Shown one piece after another: positions 19,787 through 30,600 of a DNA stretch of 64,000 bases. Where the stretch lies: contig CAWCUS010000001.1 of NCBI GenBank assembly GCA_963798845.1, positions 640,001 to 704,000 of the forward strand, read 5' to 3'. The notes under the pieces were generated by a model, which did not search any database, had not been told where the DNA came from, and saw only the letters and a list, made by a program, of their open reading frames with translations. This DNA is from an uncultured Gemmatimonadales bacterium. Its GTDB lineage: Bacteria; Gemmatimonadota; Gemmatimonadetes; Longimicrobiales; RSA9. Both the position numbers and the translations under genes were made by a program. The stretch's first letter is position 1. Each line of letters begins with the position of its first letter.

Positions 19787-21055
19787 ATGCGCGCACGACG
19801 CCGCCTCGCCGACCGGACCCGGCTCGCCTTGACCTGCCCCGTCGCACTCACCTTGGCCCTCGCCGTGGCCGCCGGAGCGAAGACCGCGGCCGCGCAGGCG
19901 CCCTACACTCCGCCGCCGGGCCAGTGGGAGCACCGGGCGCCCGCGGACGTGGGGCTGGACCCGGCGCTGCTCGACTCCGCGGTCGCCTTCGCGCAGTCGC
20001 ACGGGACGAGCGCGCCGGCCGACCTGCTGGAAGCCCACTACCGCACGTTCGCCCGGGAGCCTTTCGGGGAGGCCGTGGGGCCGTTCCGCGAGCGCGGGCC
20101 GCAGACGGGGCTGGTGATCCGTCACGGCTACATCGTCGCCGAGTGGGGCGATCCCCAGCGTGTCGACATGACGTTCAGCGTGAGCAAGAGCTTCCTGTCG
20201 ACCACGGTGGGGCTGGCCGTGGCCGATGGCGTCATCCGCGACGTGGAAGACCTTGTCGCGCCGTACCTCCCGCCGATCCTCCTGCCGCCCGGCGACGGCG
20301 AGCCGGGCGAGGAGGCCGGGAGCGGCTTCGGCGCGCGTCGCCCGGTGCTGCTGTTCACCTCTCCGCACAACCGGCAGATCACGTGGAGCCACCTGCTGCG
20401 CCAGACCAGTGACTGGGAGGGGACGCTGTGGGGCAAGCCCGACTGGTCGGACCGCCCGGCGAGGGACCCGGAGGAGTGGCACCGGCGGGACCGGCCGTCG
20501 CCCGGGACGCGCTGGGAGTACAACGACACGCGCGTGAACCTGCTCGCGCTGGCGCTCACGGAAGTGCTCCGCGAACCGCCGCAGGTGCTGCTGCGGGAGC
20601 GGATCATGGACCCGATCGGCGCGTCCTCCACCTGGCGCTGGCACGGCTACGACAACTCGTGGGTGCTCGTGGACGGCCTGAACGTCCAGGTCCCCAGCGG
20701 CGGCGGCCACTGGGGCGGCGGCATGTTCATCAGCGCGTTCGACCAGGCCCGCTTCGGCCTCCTCACCCTGCGCCACTACCGCTGGGGCGACCGCCAGCTC
20801 CTGCCCGAGTCCTGGTGGAAACAGGCGACGACGCCCACGGCCTCCCAGCCGGACTACGGCTTCATGAACTTCTTCCTCAACACCGGCCGCGAGCGCTTCC
20901 CGAGCGCGCCCGGGACCGCGTGGGCGCACCTGGGAAACGGTACCAACATGATCTACTGCGACCCCGAGAACGACCTGGTCGTCGTGGCCCGGTGGATCGA
21001 CAACGGCTCGCTGGACGGATTCATCGGGCGGGTGCTGCAGGCGGTGCGGAAGTAG
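19787..21055 (+). CDS. Secreted serine hydrolase (beta-lactamase class C/NylB-like)
   Basis: Signal peptide; FSVSKS (SxxK), WEYND, AHLG; ATG 19787 has a CAGGAG SD. Confidence 0.85.
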   Translation: MRARRRLADRTRLALTCPVALTLALAVAAGAKTAAAQAPYTPPPGQWEHRAPADVGLDPALLDSAVAFAQSHGTSAPADLLEAHYRTFAREPFGEAVGPFRERGPQTGLVIRHGYIVAEWGDPQRVDMTFSVSKSFLSTTVGLAVADGVIRDVEDLVAPYLPPILLPPGDGEPGEEAGSGFGARRPVLLFTSPHNRQITWSHLLRQTSDWEGTLWGKPDWSDRPARDPEEWHRRDRPSPGTRWEYNDTRVNLLALALTEVLREPPQVLLRERIMDPIGASSTWRWHGYDNSWVLVDGLNVQVPSGGGHWGGGMFISAFDQARFGLLTLRHYRWGDRQLLPESWWKQATTPTASQPDYGFMNFFLNTGRERFPSAPGTAWAHLGNGTNMIYCDPENDLVVVARWIDNGSLDGFIGRVLQAVRK

Positions 21056-21113
21056 GGGCGGGCGACCGTCGCCCGCGCCCAGACGCCTCGCCAGGATCAC
21101 CCGCGGGCCTCCT

Positions 21114-22436
21114 TCACCGCCTCCCGCCGGCGCGCAGGTCCGCGCCCAGGTAGCTCACGCCCGCTATCCGCCCCCCCAGGAACGCCGTGAACGCGGCCGT
21201 CACGCCCACCCAGCCGACGCCCCAGCCGAGAATCACGAACAGCATGGCCACGCCGGCCACCTCGATCGCCGTGGCGAGCGTGATCGGGCGAGTGCGTCGC
21301 TCCTGCACCAGCAGCGCGCGCTGGAAGGCGAGCAGGACCGTGAGCGCCGGCAGAGGCACGAGGACCCGCGTGGGGACCAGGGCGAACGTCGCCAGCTCGC
21401 GGGTGAGCCCGGATACGGTGACGAACCACACCTGGGCGAGGGGCGTGAACGCGACGATCGCCATCCCGCCGGTGGCTGCGATGCCGAGGACCGTGGCGAA
21501 GCGCGCCAGCTCCGGCAAGTGCTCGTTCCGCCGCCCCAGTAGCGCGATCGCGGCTTCCTGGAAGCTGAGCCCGAGAGCCCGGAACAGGAACGACAGGGAG
21601 TAAACCACCGGGAACACCGCCAGCGACTCGATGGGCGAGGGTGCGCGGCCCATGAAGAACGTGAGCATCGGCTGGACGGTCAGCCCGATGAGGGAAGTGA
21701 GCGCCAGAGGGTAGTAAAAGCGCGCGATGTCGCCGTAAGCGAGCTCCGGCGCCGCAGGGTCCAGCCGCTCGGGGCCCGCCAGCAGCTCGACGACGGTCTT
21801 CCGGGCATAGAGGAACGCCGCCGCCGCCTCGCACGTCACCCCCGCCGAGAGCGCGCCGGCGCCCACCCAGGCACCCGGGAAATCCGTGAGGAGCGCCAGG
21901 ACCACGGCCGTGCTCGCCATGGCGACGACCCGGACCACCGTCCCGTACGCCACCAGCCGCGTCCGCCCCGCCCGGATCAGCAGCCCGTGCCGGAAGCGAC
22001 GCAAGCCGATGGCCGCCGGCCACGGGAGGAGAAGCCAGAGCGCGCCGTACGTGAGGGTGCTGATCTCCGGCGGCAGCCCCAGGAGCGTGCTCATGAGGGT
22101 GTCGTAAACGGGCCGGATCAGCACGAGCACGAGCAGCGCCGTCGAGCCCACGTTCAGCGCGTTGGCGAAGTTGCGCAGCCGGAAGTAGCTGTGCCGGTCC
22201 TCCACCAGCGCCGTGGACGCGCTCATCAGCATGATGATCGGCGACTCCGTCAGCATCGCGAACGCGAACGCCACGCCGTACGCCGCCAGGTTGAACTTCG
22301 CCTCCGCGTGACGCGCGATCACGGCGGCGAGGAACGGCCCCTCCACGCCCATCATGAGCCACGTGGCGGCCAGGGGCAGCCAGAAGAGGAGGATCGAGCG
22401 ACCGGAGCGCCGCCGGACGTCCGGCGGCGTCAACAA
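21114..22436 (-). CDS. MATE/MOP-superfamily-like multi-pass membrane transporter
   Basis: About 12 TM segments in two related halves (FWLPLAATWLMM...LAAYGV and FYYPLALTSLI...LAVFPV). Confidence 0.65.
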   Translation of the reverse strand: MLTPPDVRRRSGRSILLFWLPLAATWLMMGVEGPFLAAVIARHAEAKFNLAAYGVAFAFAMLTESPIIMLMSASTALVEDRHSYFRLRNFANALNVGSTALLVLVLIRPVYDTLMSTLLGLPPEISTLTYGALWLLLPWPAAIGLRRFRHGLLIRAGRTRLVAYGTVVRVVAMASTAVVLALLTDFPGAWVGAGALSAGVTCEAAAAFLYARKTVVELLAGPERLDPAAPELAYGDIARFYYPLALTSLIGLTVQPMLTFFMGRAPSPIESLAVFPVVYSLSFLFRALGLSFQEAAIALLGRRNEHLPELARFATVLGIAATGGMAIVAFTPLAQVWFVTVSGLTRELATFALVPTRVLVPLPALTVLLAFQRALLVQERRTRPITLATAIEVAGVAMLFVILGWGVGWVGVTAAFTAFLGGRIAGVSYLGADLRAGGRR

Positions 22437-22688
22437 TTTTGCGGACCTGGTACCAGAATCAACATTTCGTCCGAATCCGCTATCTTACGCCCTCCGACGC
22501 ACCGGCGACGCACGCAGCGCAGCTCGCTTTCGGGCGCGGGACTCACGTCCAGCCCCGCGTTCGTCGGGCCCGATATGGTGGGGTCACGGCGGAGCGTCGT
22601 GAAGATAGCAGCGTGGTCCGACGACGCACGTCTGCAGCGCGAAATGTGGAACGTGGATCCAGGTCCGGAAGCGGCCGGAAGAGGTGAT

Positions 22689-23465
22689 ATGGCCAACGCG
22701 GAGCTCTTGCCTCGCGAGCACGGTGCTTACGCGCAGCTCGCTTTCCCCCTCCTCACCGGGCTCGCGCTCGCCCGCTTCCATCCGGGCGCGATCGCATTCG
22801 CCGTCGGCGCCACGTCCGTCTTCCTGGCGCACGAGCCGGTGACGATCCTGGCGGGCGGGCGCGGCCCACGGCTGCGCGACAAGCTCGCCGGGGCGGCGCG
22901 GCGCAGGCTCCTGTTTCTCGGCGGGGCCGGACTTCTCGCCCTGGTGGCGGCGGTCGGCCTGGCGCCGGCGCGCGCCTGGCTCTTCGCGCTCGTGCCGGCG
23001 GCCATCGGCGCGCCGCTGGCGCCGTTCTTCGGCCGCCGCGAGATCAAGTCCGTGGCGGGGGAGGCCCTGGTGGCGTCGGCGCTGTCGGCGCTCGTCCTCC
23101 CCCTCGCCCTCACCGCCCCCGTCACCGTGGCGCGCGCGGTCGTCGCCGCGCTGGTGTGGCTCGCCGCCTACTTCCCGGCGGTGCTGGCCGTTCACGCGGT
23201 GAAGGCGAAGCACCTGCGGCGCGCCGAGCGTCGCTGGACGCTCCTGGCGACGCCGGTCTCGGCCGCCCTCGTGGTCGTGGCCGCCGTCGTCGCCGCGGCC
23301 TCCCTACCGGGCCCGGCCACCCTTTCCGCGCTCGCCGTCCTGCCGCCCGCCCTGGCCGTCCTCGTCCTCGGCCTCTTCCCGCCCCACCCCCGGCACCTCA
23401 AGCGGATCGGCTGGGCCATGGTCACCGTCGACGCCCTGGCCCTCGTCCTTCTCCTCCTCCTCTGA
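22689..23465 (+). CDS. YwiC-like membrane protein
   Basis: N-terminal LPREHGAY, C-terminal KRIGW; ATG 22689 has a GAGGTG SD. Confidence 0.8.
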   Translation: MANAELLPREHGAYAQLAFPLLTGLALARFHPGAIAFAVGATSVFLAHEPVTILAGGRGPRLRDKLAGAARRRLLFLGGAGLLALVAAVGLAPARAWLFALVPAAIGAPLAPFFGRREIKSVAGEALVASALSALVLPLALTAPVTVARAVVAALVWLAAYFPAVLAVHAVKAKHLRRAERRWTLLATPVSAALVVVAAVVAAASLPGPATLSALAVLPPALAVLVLGLFPPHPRHLKRIGWAMVTVDALALVLLLLL

Positions 23466-23506
23466 TCCTGCCGTTTCGGCTATTCGGCCGTTCGGCTGGT
23501 CAGCTG

Positions 23507-24277
23507 TCAGTGCAGACCCAGCGCGTAGATCCCGGTTTCGAAGTTGTAGTAGCTGGACACCTCCACGCGATAGCAGCCGGGATCGAGCGTGGCGGTGATC
23601 TCGGCATCGGTGGTGTTGGTCGTCGCGTCGTCATTCGAGGCCAGGAGGTTGCCGGCTTCGTCATAGAGCGCGAGGTAGGCGTCGAACTGGGACGAGGCGA
23701 GCGTCAGGTCGATGGCCTGGGACCCGGTCAGGGTGAAGTGGTAGGGGTCGAAGAAGCCGTACCCGAGCCACTCGTCGGAGGAGGTGAGTGTGCCGTTCAC
23801 GTCGCTCCCGACCTGGATTTCCGGCAGGTCGGCGCACGTGTACCGCTCGTCGCCCGCGCCGGCCGGGCAGATCTCGAGCTGAGTGAGATCCGCATCCGTG
23901 CGGGTGAGGCTGACGGTGCTGCCGCTCTCTCCTATGGTCAGCTGGTCGCCGCTGGCCGTGAGCGTCACGACGAACGTGTCCGCAGCCGTCCCATCCTGGG
24001 AGCGGAGGGTGTACGTGTCCCCGTTCTGATGGACGATGTCGTAGGCGAACCGGCCGAAGCAATACGCGGAGTCACCCTGGTACGTGACGACGGCGTCTTC
24101 CGAGATGTCGAAGTAGAGCGTGAGTCCGGCGCTCGAGCCGACCCAGGTCCCTACGATCGAGTCGCCGTCGGTGGAGGGGGACGTGCCATTGTCGCAAGCC
24201 CCCAGAGCGAGCGCGGGGAGGAGAAGGGCAGTCAGCAACAACAGGTGTCGGGGGGGCGCGGCGATCGAGGTTCTCAC
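23507..24277 (-). CDS. Lipoprotein with a C-terminal pre-peptidase C-terminal (PPC)-like domain
   Basis: Lipobox LGAC-D; FDAYLALYD..G..LASNDD...DAEI...L.PG.Y; GTG 24277 has a GGAGG SD. Confidence 0.7.
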   Translation of the reverse strand: MRTSIAAPPRHLLLLTALLLPALALGACDNGTSPSTDGDSIVGTWVGSSAGLTLYFDISEDAVVTYQGDSAYCFGRFAYDIVHQNGDTYTLRSQDGTAADTFVVTLTASGDQLTIGESGSTVSLTRTDADLTQLEICPAGAGDERYTCADLPEIQVGSDVNGTLTSSDEWLGYGFFDPYHFTLTGSQAIDLTLASSQFDAYLALYDEAGNLLASNDDATTNTTDAEITATLDPGCYRVEVSSYYNFETGIYALGLH

Positions 24278-24463
24278 GGGTCCTCCGGTGGCAGGGAGTA
24301 GAGCTCGGCTGTGGCCGGGCGGACGCAAGGTCCGGTCCCCGGCCTGAAGGCACTCGGCCGTCCTGTCAACGGTTGATGCGCCGGCCCCGTGACGCCACCT
24401 TCATGCGGAACCGCCGCACTCCGGTGGTTCCATGCCGCAGAAATCGAAGCACGAGAAGCAGAT

Positions 24464-26773
24464 ATGAAGCAGCCCATCTCCGCCCGCGTGGCGTCCGAGC
24501 TCGGTCTTTCCGCCGCGCAGGTCACGGCCACCCTCCGCCTCTTCGACGAAGGGAGCACGCTCCCCTTCATCGCCCGTTACCGCAAAGAGGCCACGGGCGG
24601 TCTCGACGAGGTGCAGCTGCGCGACGTGCGCGACCGGGCGGCGTACCTGGCGGAGCTGGAAGACCGTCGCGAGGCGATCCTCGCCTCCATCGACGAGCAG
24701 GGGAAGCTGGACGACGCGCTGCGCTCGCGCATCGATGCGGCGGAGACCAAGCAGGAGCTCGAGGACCTCTACCTGCCGTACAGGCCGAAACGCCGCACGC
24801 GCGCCACGATCGCGAGGGAGAAGGGGCTCGAGCCGCTGGCGGACGCGCTCTGGAACGGCGAGCTGGACGACGACGCTGCCGAAGCCGCCGCCGCGGGATA
24901 CGTCGACCCGGAGAAGGGCGTCGAGACCGTGGCCGACGCGCTCCAGGGGGCCCGTGACATCCTGGCCGAGCGGGTGGCGGAGGACGCGGACGTGCGCGGC
25001 TGGCTGCGGGACGAGACGCGGGCGAGGGGTGTCGTCGCCAGCAAGGTGATTCCGGGACGGGAATCCAGCACCGAGGCGGCGCGCTTCCGCGACTACTTCG
25101 ACTTCAGCCAGAAGGCGACGGACATCCCGAGCCATCGCATGCTGGCGATCCGGCGAGGCGAGGCGGAGGAGGTGCTGACGTGGTCGATCGAGGCGCCCGT
25201 GGAGGAGCTGCTGGCGGGCATCGTCGGCCGGGTGGTGCGTGACCGCCCGGCGCGCGCCCAGATGGCGCAGGTGGCGGCGGACGCGTTCAGGCGCCTGCTG
25301 ACGACGTCGATCCAGACGGAGCTCCGCCTGGAGCTCAAGGACCGGGCGGACGTCGGCGCCATCGACATCTTCGGCCGCAACCTCGAGCAGCTCCTGCTCG
25401 CGCCGCCCGCGGGCGAGCGTGCCGTCATCGGCCTCGACCCGGGCTTCCGCACCGGCGTGAAGGTGGCCGTGGTCTCCCGCACGGGCGCGCTCCTGGACAC
25501 GGACACGCTGTACCTGCACCAGTCCGACCGCTTCGCCGCCGGGCTGAGGGCGCTCGTGGACAAGCACCGCCCGGATCTCATCGCCATCGGCAACGGCACG
25601 GCTTCCCGGGAGACCGACCAGGCGGTGAGAGGAGCGCTCGACGCCGTGGAACCGCGCCCGGGAATCGTGGTCGTGAACGAGTCCGGCGCCAGCGTCTATT
25701 CCGCCTCCGACATCGCCCGCGACGAGCTCCCGGACCTGGACGTCTCGCTGCGCGGCGCCGTCTCCATCGCGCGCCGCCTCCAGGACCCGCTCGCGGAGCT
25801 GGTGAAGATCGATCCGAAGTCCATTGGCGTGGGCCAGTACCAGCACGACGTGGACCAGCCGCACCTCAGGCGTCGCCTGGACGAGGTGGTCCAGGTCTGC
25901 GTGAACCGCGTGGGCGTCGAGGTCAACACGGCGTCCCCCTCGCTGCTTTCCTACATCGCCGGCCTCGGCCCCACGCTCGCCCGCAACATCGTCGGGTTCC
26001 GCGACGCGAAGGGGGGCCTTGCCTCCCGCGAGGAGCTGCTCCAGGTCACGCGTCTCGGGCCCAAGGCGTTCGAGCAGGCCGCCGGCTTCCTCCGCGTCCG
26101 CGGCGCCGCGAACCCCCTCGACCGCACCGCCGTCCATCCCGAGCGCTACGACCTGGTCCAGCGCATGGCCGCGGATGTCGGCGTCGCGCTTGAAGAGCTG
26201 GTGGAAAACGAGGAGGCGGTGTCGCGCATCCGGCTCGACGACTACGTCTCCGACGACGTGGGACGCCCCACCCTCGAGGACATCCTCGACGAGCTCCGTC
26301 GTCCCGGCCGCGACCCGCGCGCGACCTTTGAAGCGCCCTCCTTCCGCGAGGACGTGAAGGAGGTGAAGCACCTGCAGAAGGGGATGAAGCTCGAAGGCGT
26401 GGTCACCAACGTGGTCGCGTTCGGCGCGTTCGTGGACGTCGGCGTACACCAGGACGGCCTCGTCCACGTCTCACAGCTCGCCGACCGCTTCATCAACGAC
26501 CCCGCCGACGTCGTCCAGGTGGGCGACCGCGTCAGGGTCGCCGTCATTTCCGTCGACCTGGAGCGGAACCGGATCGGGCTCTCCATGAAGTCCGATCCTT
26601 TCGCCGAGCCGGGCCAGCGGAAACCCCCGCGCAGCGGCCGCGGCGGGCGCAGCGGCAGCAGCGGCAGCAGCGGCGGCTCCGGCCGTGGCAGCAGCGGCGC
26701 CAGGAGCCGCGATGGAAAACCTCCCATCCCGAAACCGGGCACGGTGGCGCCGAACGGAATCCGCTTCACCTGA
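24464..26773 (+). CDS. tex: Tex family RNA-binding transcriptional accessory protein
   Basis: PFIARYRKEATGGLDE, GLDPGFRTG, RRLQDPLAELVKIDPKSIGVGQYQHDV, C-terminal S1 domain, Gly/Ser tail. Confidence 0.95.
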   Translation: MKQPISARVASELGLSAAQVTATLRLFDEGSTLPFIARYRKEATGGLDEVQLRDVRDRAAYLAELEDRREAILASIDEQGKLDDALRSRIDAAETKQELEDLYLPYRPKRRTRATIAREKGLEPLADALWNGELDDDAAEAAAAGYVDPEKGVETVADALQGARDILAERVAEDADVRGWLRDETRARGVVASKVIPGRESSTEAARFRDYFDFSQKATDIPSHRMLAIRRGEAEEVLTWSIEAPVEELLAGIVGRVVRDRPARAQMAQVAADAFRRLLTTSIQTELRLELKDRADVGAIDIFGRNLEQLLLAPPAGERAVIGLDPGFRTGVKVAVVSRTGALLDTDTLYLHQSDRFAAGLRALVDKHRPDLIAIGNGTASRETDQAVRGALDAVEPRPGIVVVNESGASVYSASDIARDELPDLDVSLRGAVSIARRLQDPLAELVKIDPKSIGVGQYQHDVDQPHLRRRLDEVVQVCVNRVGVEVNTASPSLLSYIAGLGPTLARNIVGFRDAKGGLASREELLQVTRLGPKAFEQAAGFLRVRGAANPLDRTAVHPERYDLVQRMAADVGVALEELVENEEAVSRIRLDDYVSDDVGRPTLEDILDELRRPGRDPRATFEAPSFREDVKEVKHLQKGMKLEGVVTNVVAFGAFVDVGVHQDGLVHVSQLADRFINDPADVVQVGDRVRVAVISVDLERNRIGLSMKSDPFAEPGQRKPPRSGRGGRSGSSGSSGGSGRGSSGARSRDGKPPIPKPGTVAPNGIRFT

Positions 26774-26870
26774 GACCATCCTCCCTCCGACCGGAGGACG
26801 CGGGATTGACCGGGTGCGCGGCCGCGCGTAGCGTGAGGGAGGCGTCCGCTCCCTCGATCCGGCTGCAACC

Positions 26871-27284
26871 ATGAACGTGCTCCGACTCACCCGCCGCCTC
26901 GGGTCTGTGGGCGTGGCCATCGCCGCGCTCCTCCTTCCCGCATGCAATCCGCTGGACCTGGGTCACGATACCGTCACCCTCGAAGTCGACAGCGAGGACG
27001 GCTCGGCCGTCCGCCTCATCACTTCGTACGACTTCACAGTCTACTTCGAGCAGGCCGGGCAGGAGCAGTTTCTCCTGCACGAGGCGGATACCACCTGGGT
27101 CGACACGCCGTTCACCGGCGACTACGACCTCTCGGACACCGGCCGCTTCTACGCCCGCGCCATCGAGGCCGAGAACCCGGAGACGAGCGTGTCGATGCGC
27201 GCGCTCGTGGACGGAGATGAGGTCTTCTTCCGGGACGTGGTGCTCACGGGTGACGGCACTCAGTTCTACTACCGGCAGCGCTGA
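26871..27284 (+). CDS. Hypothetical lipoprotein
   Basis: Lipobox LLPAC-N; coding-like codon use; upstream TTGACC-N17-TAGCGT candidate promoter. Confidence 0.7.
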   Translation: MNVLRLTRRLGSVGVAIAALLLPACNPLDLGHDTVTLEVDSEDGSAVRLITSYDFTVYFEQAGQEQFLLHEADTTWVDTPFTGDYDLSDTGRFYARAIEAENPETSVSMRALVDGDEVFFRDVVLTGDGTQFYYRQR

Positions 27285-27321
27285 CCGTACGCCCCATCGG
27301 ACCGGGGGCGCGCCGCCTTGC

Positions 27322-27351
27322 TTGACACCCTCTCCGTGTCACTCCTATCTT
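27322..27351 (+). promoter_or_regulatory. Putative sigma70-type promoter of susC locus 2 with an overlapping inverted repeat
   Basis: TTGACA (27322-27327), 18 nt, TATCTT (27346-27351); TGACAC-N7-GTGTCA at 27323-27341. Confidence 0.65.
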
Positions 27352-27488
27352 GGCGTTAGCCTGCCGAAATCGATAACAAAAGGGCCGGTTCACCTTCCCC
27401 GCCGACGGGCGCGAGCCAGCGGCGTGGGTGGCCCGCCCTCTTAACAGTCTCACATAGGCGCGTTCCGTTCCCTGCCAAGGAGGTCACA

Positions 27489-27515
27489 ATGCGTGGCGTA
27501 CTCGTCCCGCCGTAG
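27489..27515 (+). other. Candidate leader peptide (uORF) MRGVLVPP*
   Basis: AAGGAGGT SD at 27477-27484, then ATG CGT GGC GTA CTC GTC CCG CCG TAG within the long susC leader. Confidence 0.5.
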
Positions 27516-27600
27516 CCGGTGTGCATCGTCACCAGACACGGATGTCCCCTGCCCGGCCCCTAGGCAGGTCCGGTACATCATCCCCCGATTGGAGGCGTTT

Positions 27601-30600
27601 ATGATCAGGAGATTTGGTTCGGTTGTGCTCCTGCTTGCGGCGCTGTTCCTGCCAGCAGGGCTTGCCGCGCAGGGTGCAGTCATCACCGGCACGGTCCACA
27701 ACCAGTCGCTGGAGCCCGTGCGCGGCGCGGTGGTTTCCGTGCAGGGCATGCGCCTGTCGACGGTGAGCAATGAGCAGGGCTTCTACCGCCTGCAGCTTCC
27801 GGAGGGCGCCCGCGGGCAGATCACGCTGGGCGTGGAAATCATCGGATACCGCCCGGCCACCGTGGAAGTCACGGTCACGGGTGGCACGATGCGCCAGGAC
27901 ATCTCCCTCGTGGAGCAGGCCATCGCCCTCAATGAGATCGTGGTCACCGGGACGGCGGGAACGCAGTCCCGGCGAGCCCAGGCAGCCGTGGTCTCCACGG
28001 TGGACGCGGCCCAGGTTACGGAAGTGGCGCCCGTCTCGTCGATCACCCAGCTGCTTCAGTCCCGCGTCCCGGGCATGGACGTGCAGGTCTCGGGCGGGAA
28101 TCTGGGCAGCACGCAGGTGATCCGCATGCGCGGCCAGGCTTCGCTCACGCTGTCCAACGAGCCGCTGATCTTCATCGACGGCGTGCGCGCGGACCAGCGG
28201 AACGACGCCCTCTACTACGCGGTCGGGGGTCAGCAGACCAGCCGTCTGAACGACCTCCGTCCCGAGGACATCGCGGACATCGAAGTGATCAAGGGCCCCG
28301 CGGCAGCCGCGCTCTACGGTGCGGACGCGTCGGCGGGCGTGATCCAGATCATCACCAAGCAGGGTCAGCAGAATTCGACGTTCACACAGACGCTCTCGGC
28401 GGAATACCAGGCGCTCGACTGGGGTTACTGGACTCCGCCGGACAACTGGGCCGCCTGCACCTCGTCCGCGGTGGCGAACGCGGACAACCCGCTGTGCTAC
28501 GGCAACGCGGTGGGCACCCTGGTTCACGACAACCCGCTGCTGCGGACGGACGCGATCCAGCAGGGGTACCGGCAGTCCCTGAACTGGTCCGGCACGGGCG
28601 GTGGCTCGAATTACGGCTACTACGTCTCGCTGGGCGGGGACAAGGGCGAGGGCGCGTTCGTGAACAACAAGCAGAACAACGTCTCGGCCCGAGGCAACTT
28701 CAACTTCCAGCCCACACCGAAGCTGCGCATCGAGATGGGGATGGGCCTGGTGCGGGCGGAGACGCAGCTGCCGCGCAACGACAACGACATCTACGGCTGG
28801 CTCGGTGGCGCCATGCTCGGCAGCCCGACCAGCCTGGGCACGACGCGCGACGGCTGGTACGCCCCGAACCGGCAGAACGCCGCCATCGCGGCGTACGAGA
28901 ACATCAACACGAACATGCGGACCACTCCGCGGCTTCAGGTCAACTACAGCCCGTTCCAGTGGATGACCAACCGGCTGACAATGGGCGGAGACCTGAGCCG
29001 CATGGAAGCGCACTACTTCTACCCCAAGAACGACAACGGGTGGTACTCGGGCGTCTACAACACCGGACAGATCGCCCAGGCGCGTCAGAACTATGACCGC
29101 TACACGGTCGACTACCTGGGCAACATCGCGAACGCGCTCACGAGCACGGTGAGCTCGGACCTGTCGCTCGGCACGCAGATCCTGTACACCCGCTACGACC
29201 GGACGAGCGCCACGGGGATCGGGCTGACCACGAACGCGGCCAACGCGATCGACCAGGCGGCGCAGACCACGGGCGGCCAGACCTTCAACGAGGAAGCGCA
29301 GGTGGGCTTCTTCGGGCAGTGGCAGGTCGGCTTCTCGGAGCGGCTGTACCTCCAAATGGCCGGGCGGCTGGACCAGCACTCGGCGTTCGGCGTGAACGCG
29401 GACTGGTTCTTCAGCCCGAAGATCGGCGCCTCGTGGGTGGTGTCCGACGAGCCGTTCTGGCAGGGGCACATGCCCGCGATGATCAGCACGCTGCGCGTCC
29501 GCGCCGCGTACGGGACCACGGGCCGCTCGCCCACGCAGGGCGCGCTGGCCACGTACACCGCCTCCCCGTTCGCCTTCGTCGACCGGACCGTGGGTTCGGG
29601 CGTACAGGCAGAGGATCTGGGCAACCCCGATCTCAAGCCGGAGCGCGGGACGGAGATCGAGGCGGGATTCGAGGCCGGTCTCTTCGATGAGCGCCTGGGC
29701 CTCGAGCTGACCTACTTCAACAAGGTCGGCACGGACGTGATCCTGCGGCGGCCGCTGCCGCCCTCGGCAGGGTTCACGCAGAACCAGCTGGTCAACATCG
29801 GCGAGGTTCTGAACAGCGGCTTCGAGATCTCGGCCAATGCCCGCATGCTCACCGCGAGCAACCTGTCCTGGGATGTCCGCGTGGGAATGAACACCCTCCA
29901 CAGCGAGATCAAGGACCTGGGCGGAGTCGAGCCGTACTGGACGGGCTGGGCGCAGCAGAACAAGGAAGGGTACGAGGCGCACGCGTTCTTCACCCGCCAG
30001 GTGGAGCACTTCGTCCTCGACTCGAGCGATCCGCAGGCTTCCATCTGCGGCACGGACGCCGACGGGCAGTTCGCGCAGTGCGCGATCGTGACCTCGGAGG
30101 AGACGTACAAGGGGCACTACATGCCCACGTTCGAGGGCAACCTGTCGTCCACCCTCACGTTCCTGCGCAACTTCCGCGTCTACGCGCTGCTGGACTGGAA
30201 GAACAACTTCATGATCTACAACAACACGGACCAGTTCCGTGAGCGGCAGTTCGGGCAGGGCGAGCGCTGGGTCCGTCGCAACGACCCGACGTTCAACCAG
30301 AGCGACGAGGAACGCCTCCGTCGCTTCGGGCCGTTCTACTACATGGACGAGAACGGCGCGTACCAGCCCCTGTCGGCGGGCAACGTGGACGACGCGTACG
30401 TGGAGCCGGGTGACTTCACCCGTCTGCGCGAGGTCTCGCTCCACTACAGCATTCCGGACCAGATCGCGGCCCTGGCCCACGTCTCAGGCGCCACCCTGTC
30501 GGTGGGCGGACGCAACCTGGCGCTGTGGACCAAGTACTCGGGCCCGGACCCGGAGGTGTCGCTGTATCTCACCAGCGACGAGCGCTCCGACTTCCTGACG

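Noticed and set aside
19787..21055. Antibiotic-resistance beta-lactamase
   Set aside because: SxxK hydrolase fold only; looks like the broad esterase/amidase group and has no mobile context.
26630..26705. GGCAGCAGC repeats at the end of tex
   Set aside because: Ordinary low-complexity Gly/Ser/Arg tail of an RNA-binding protein.
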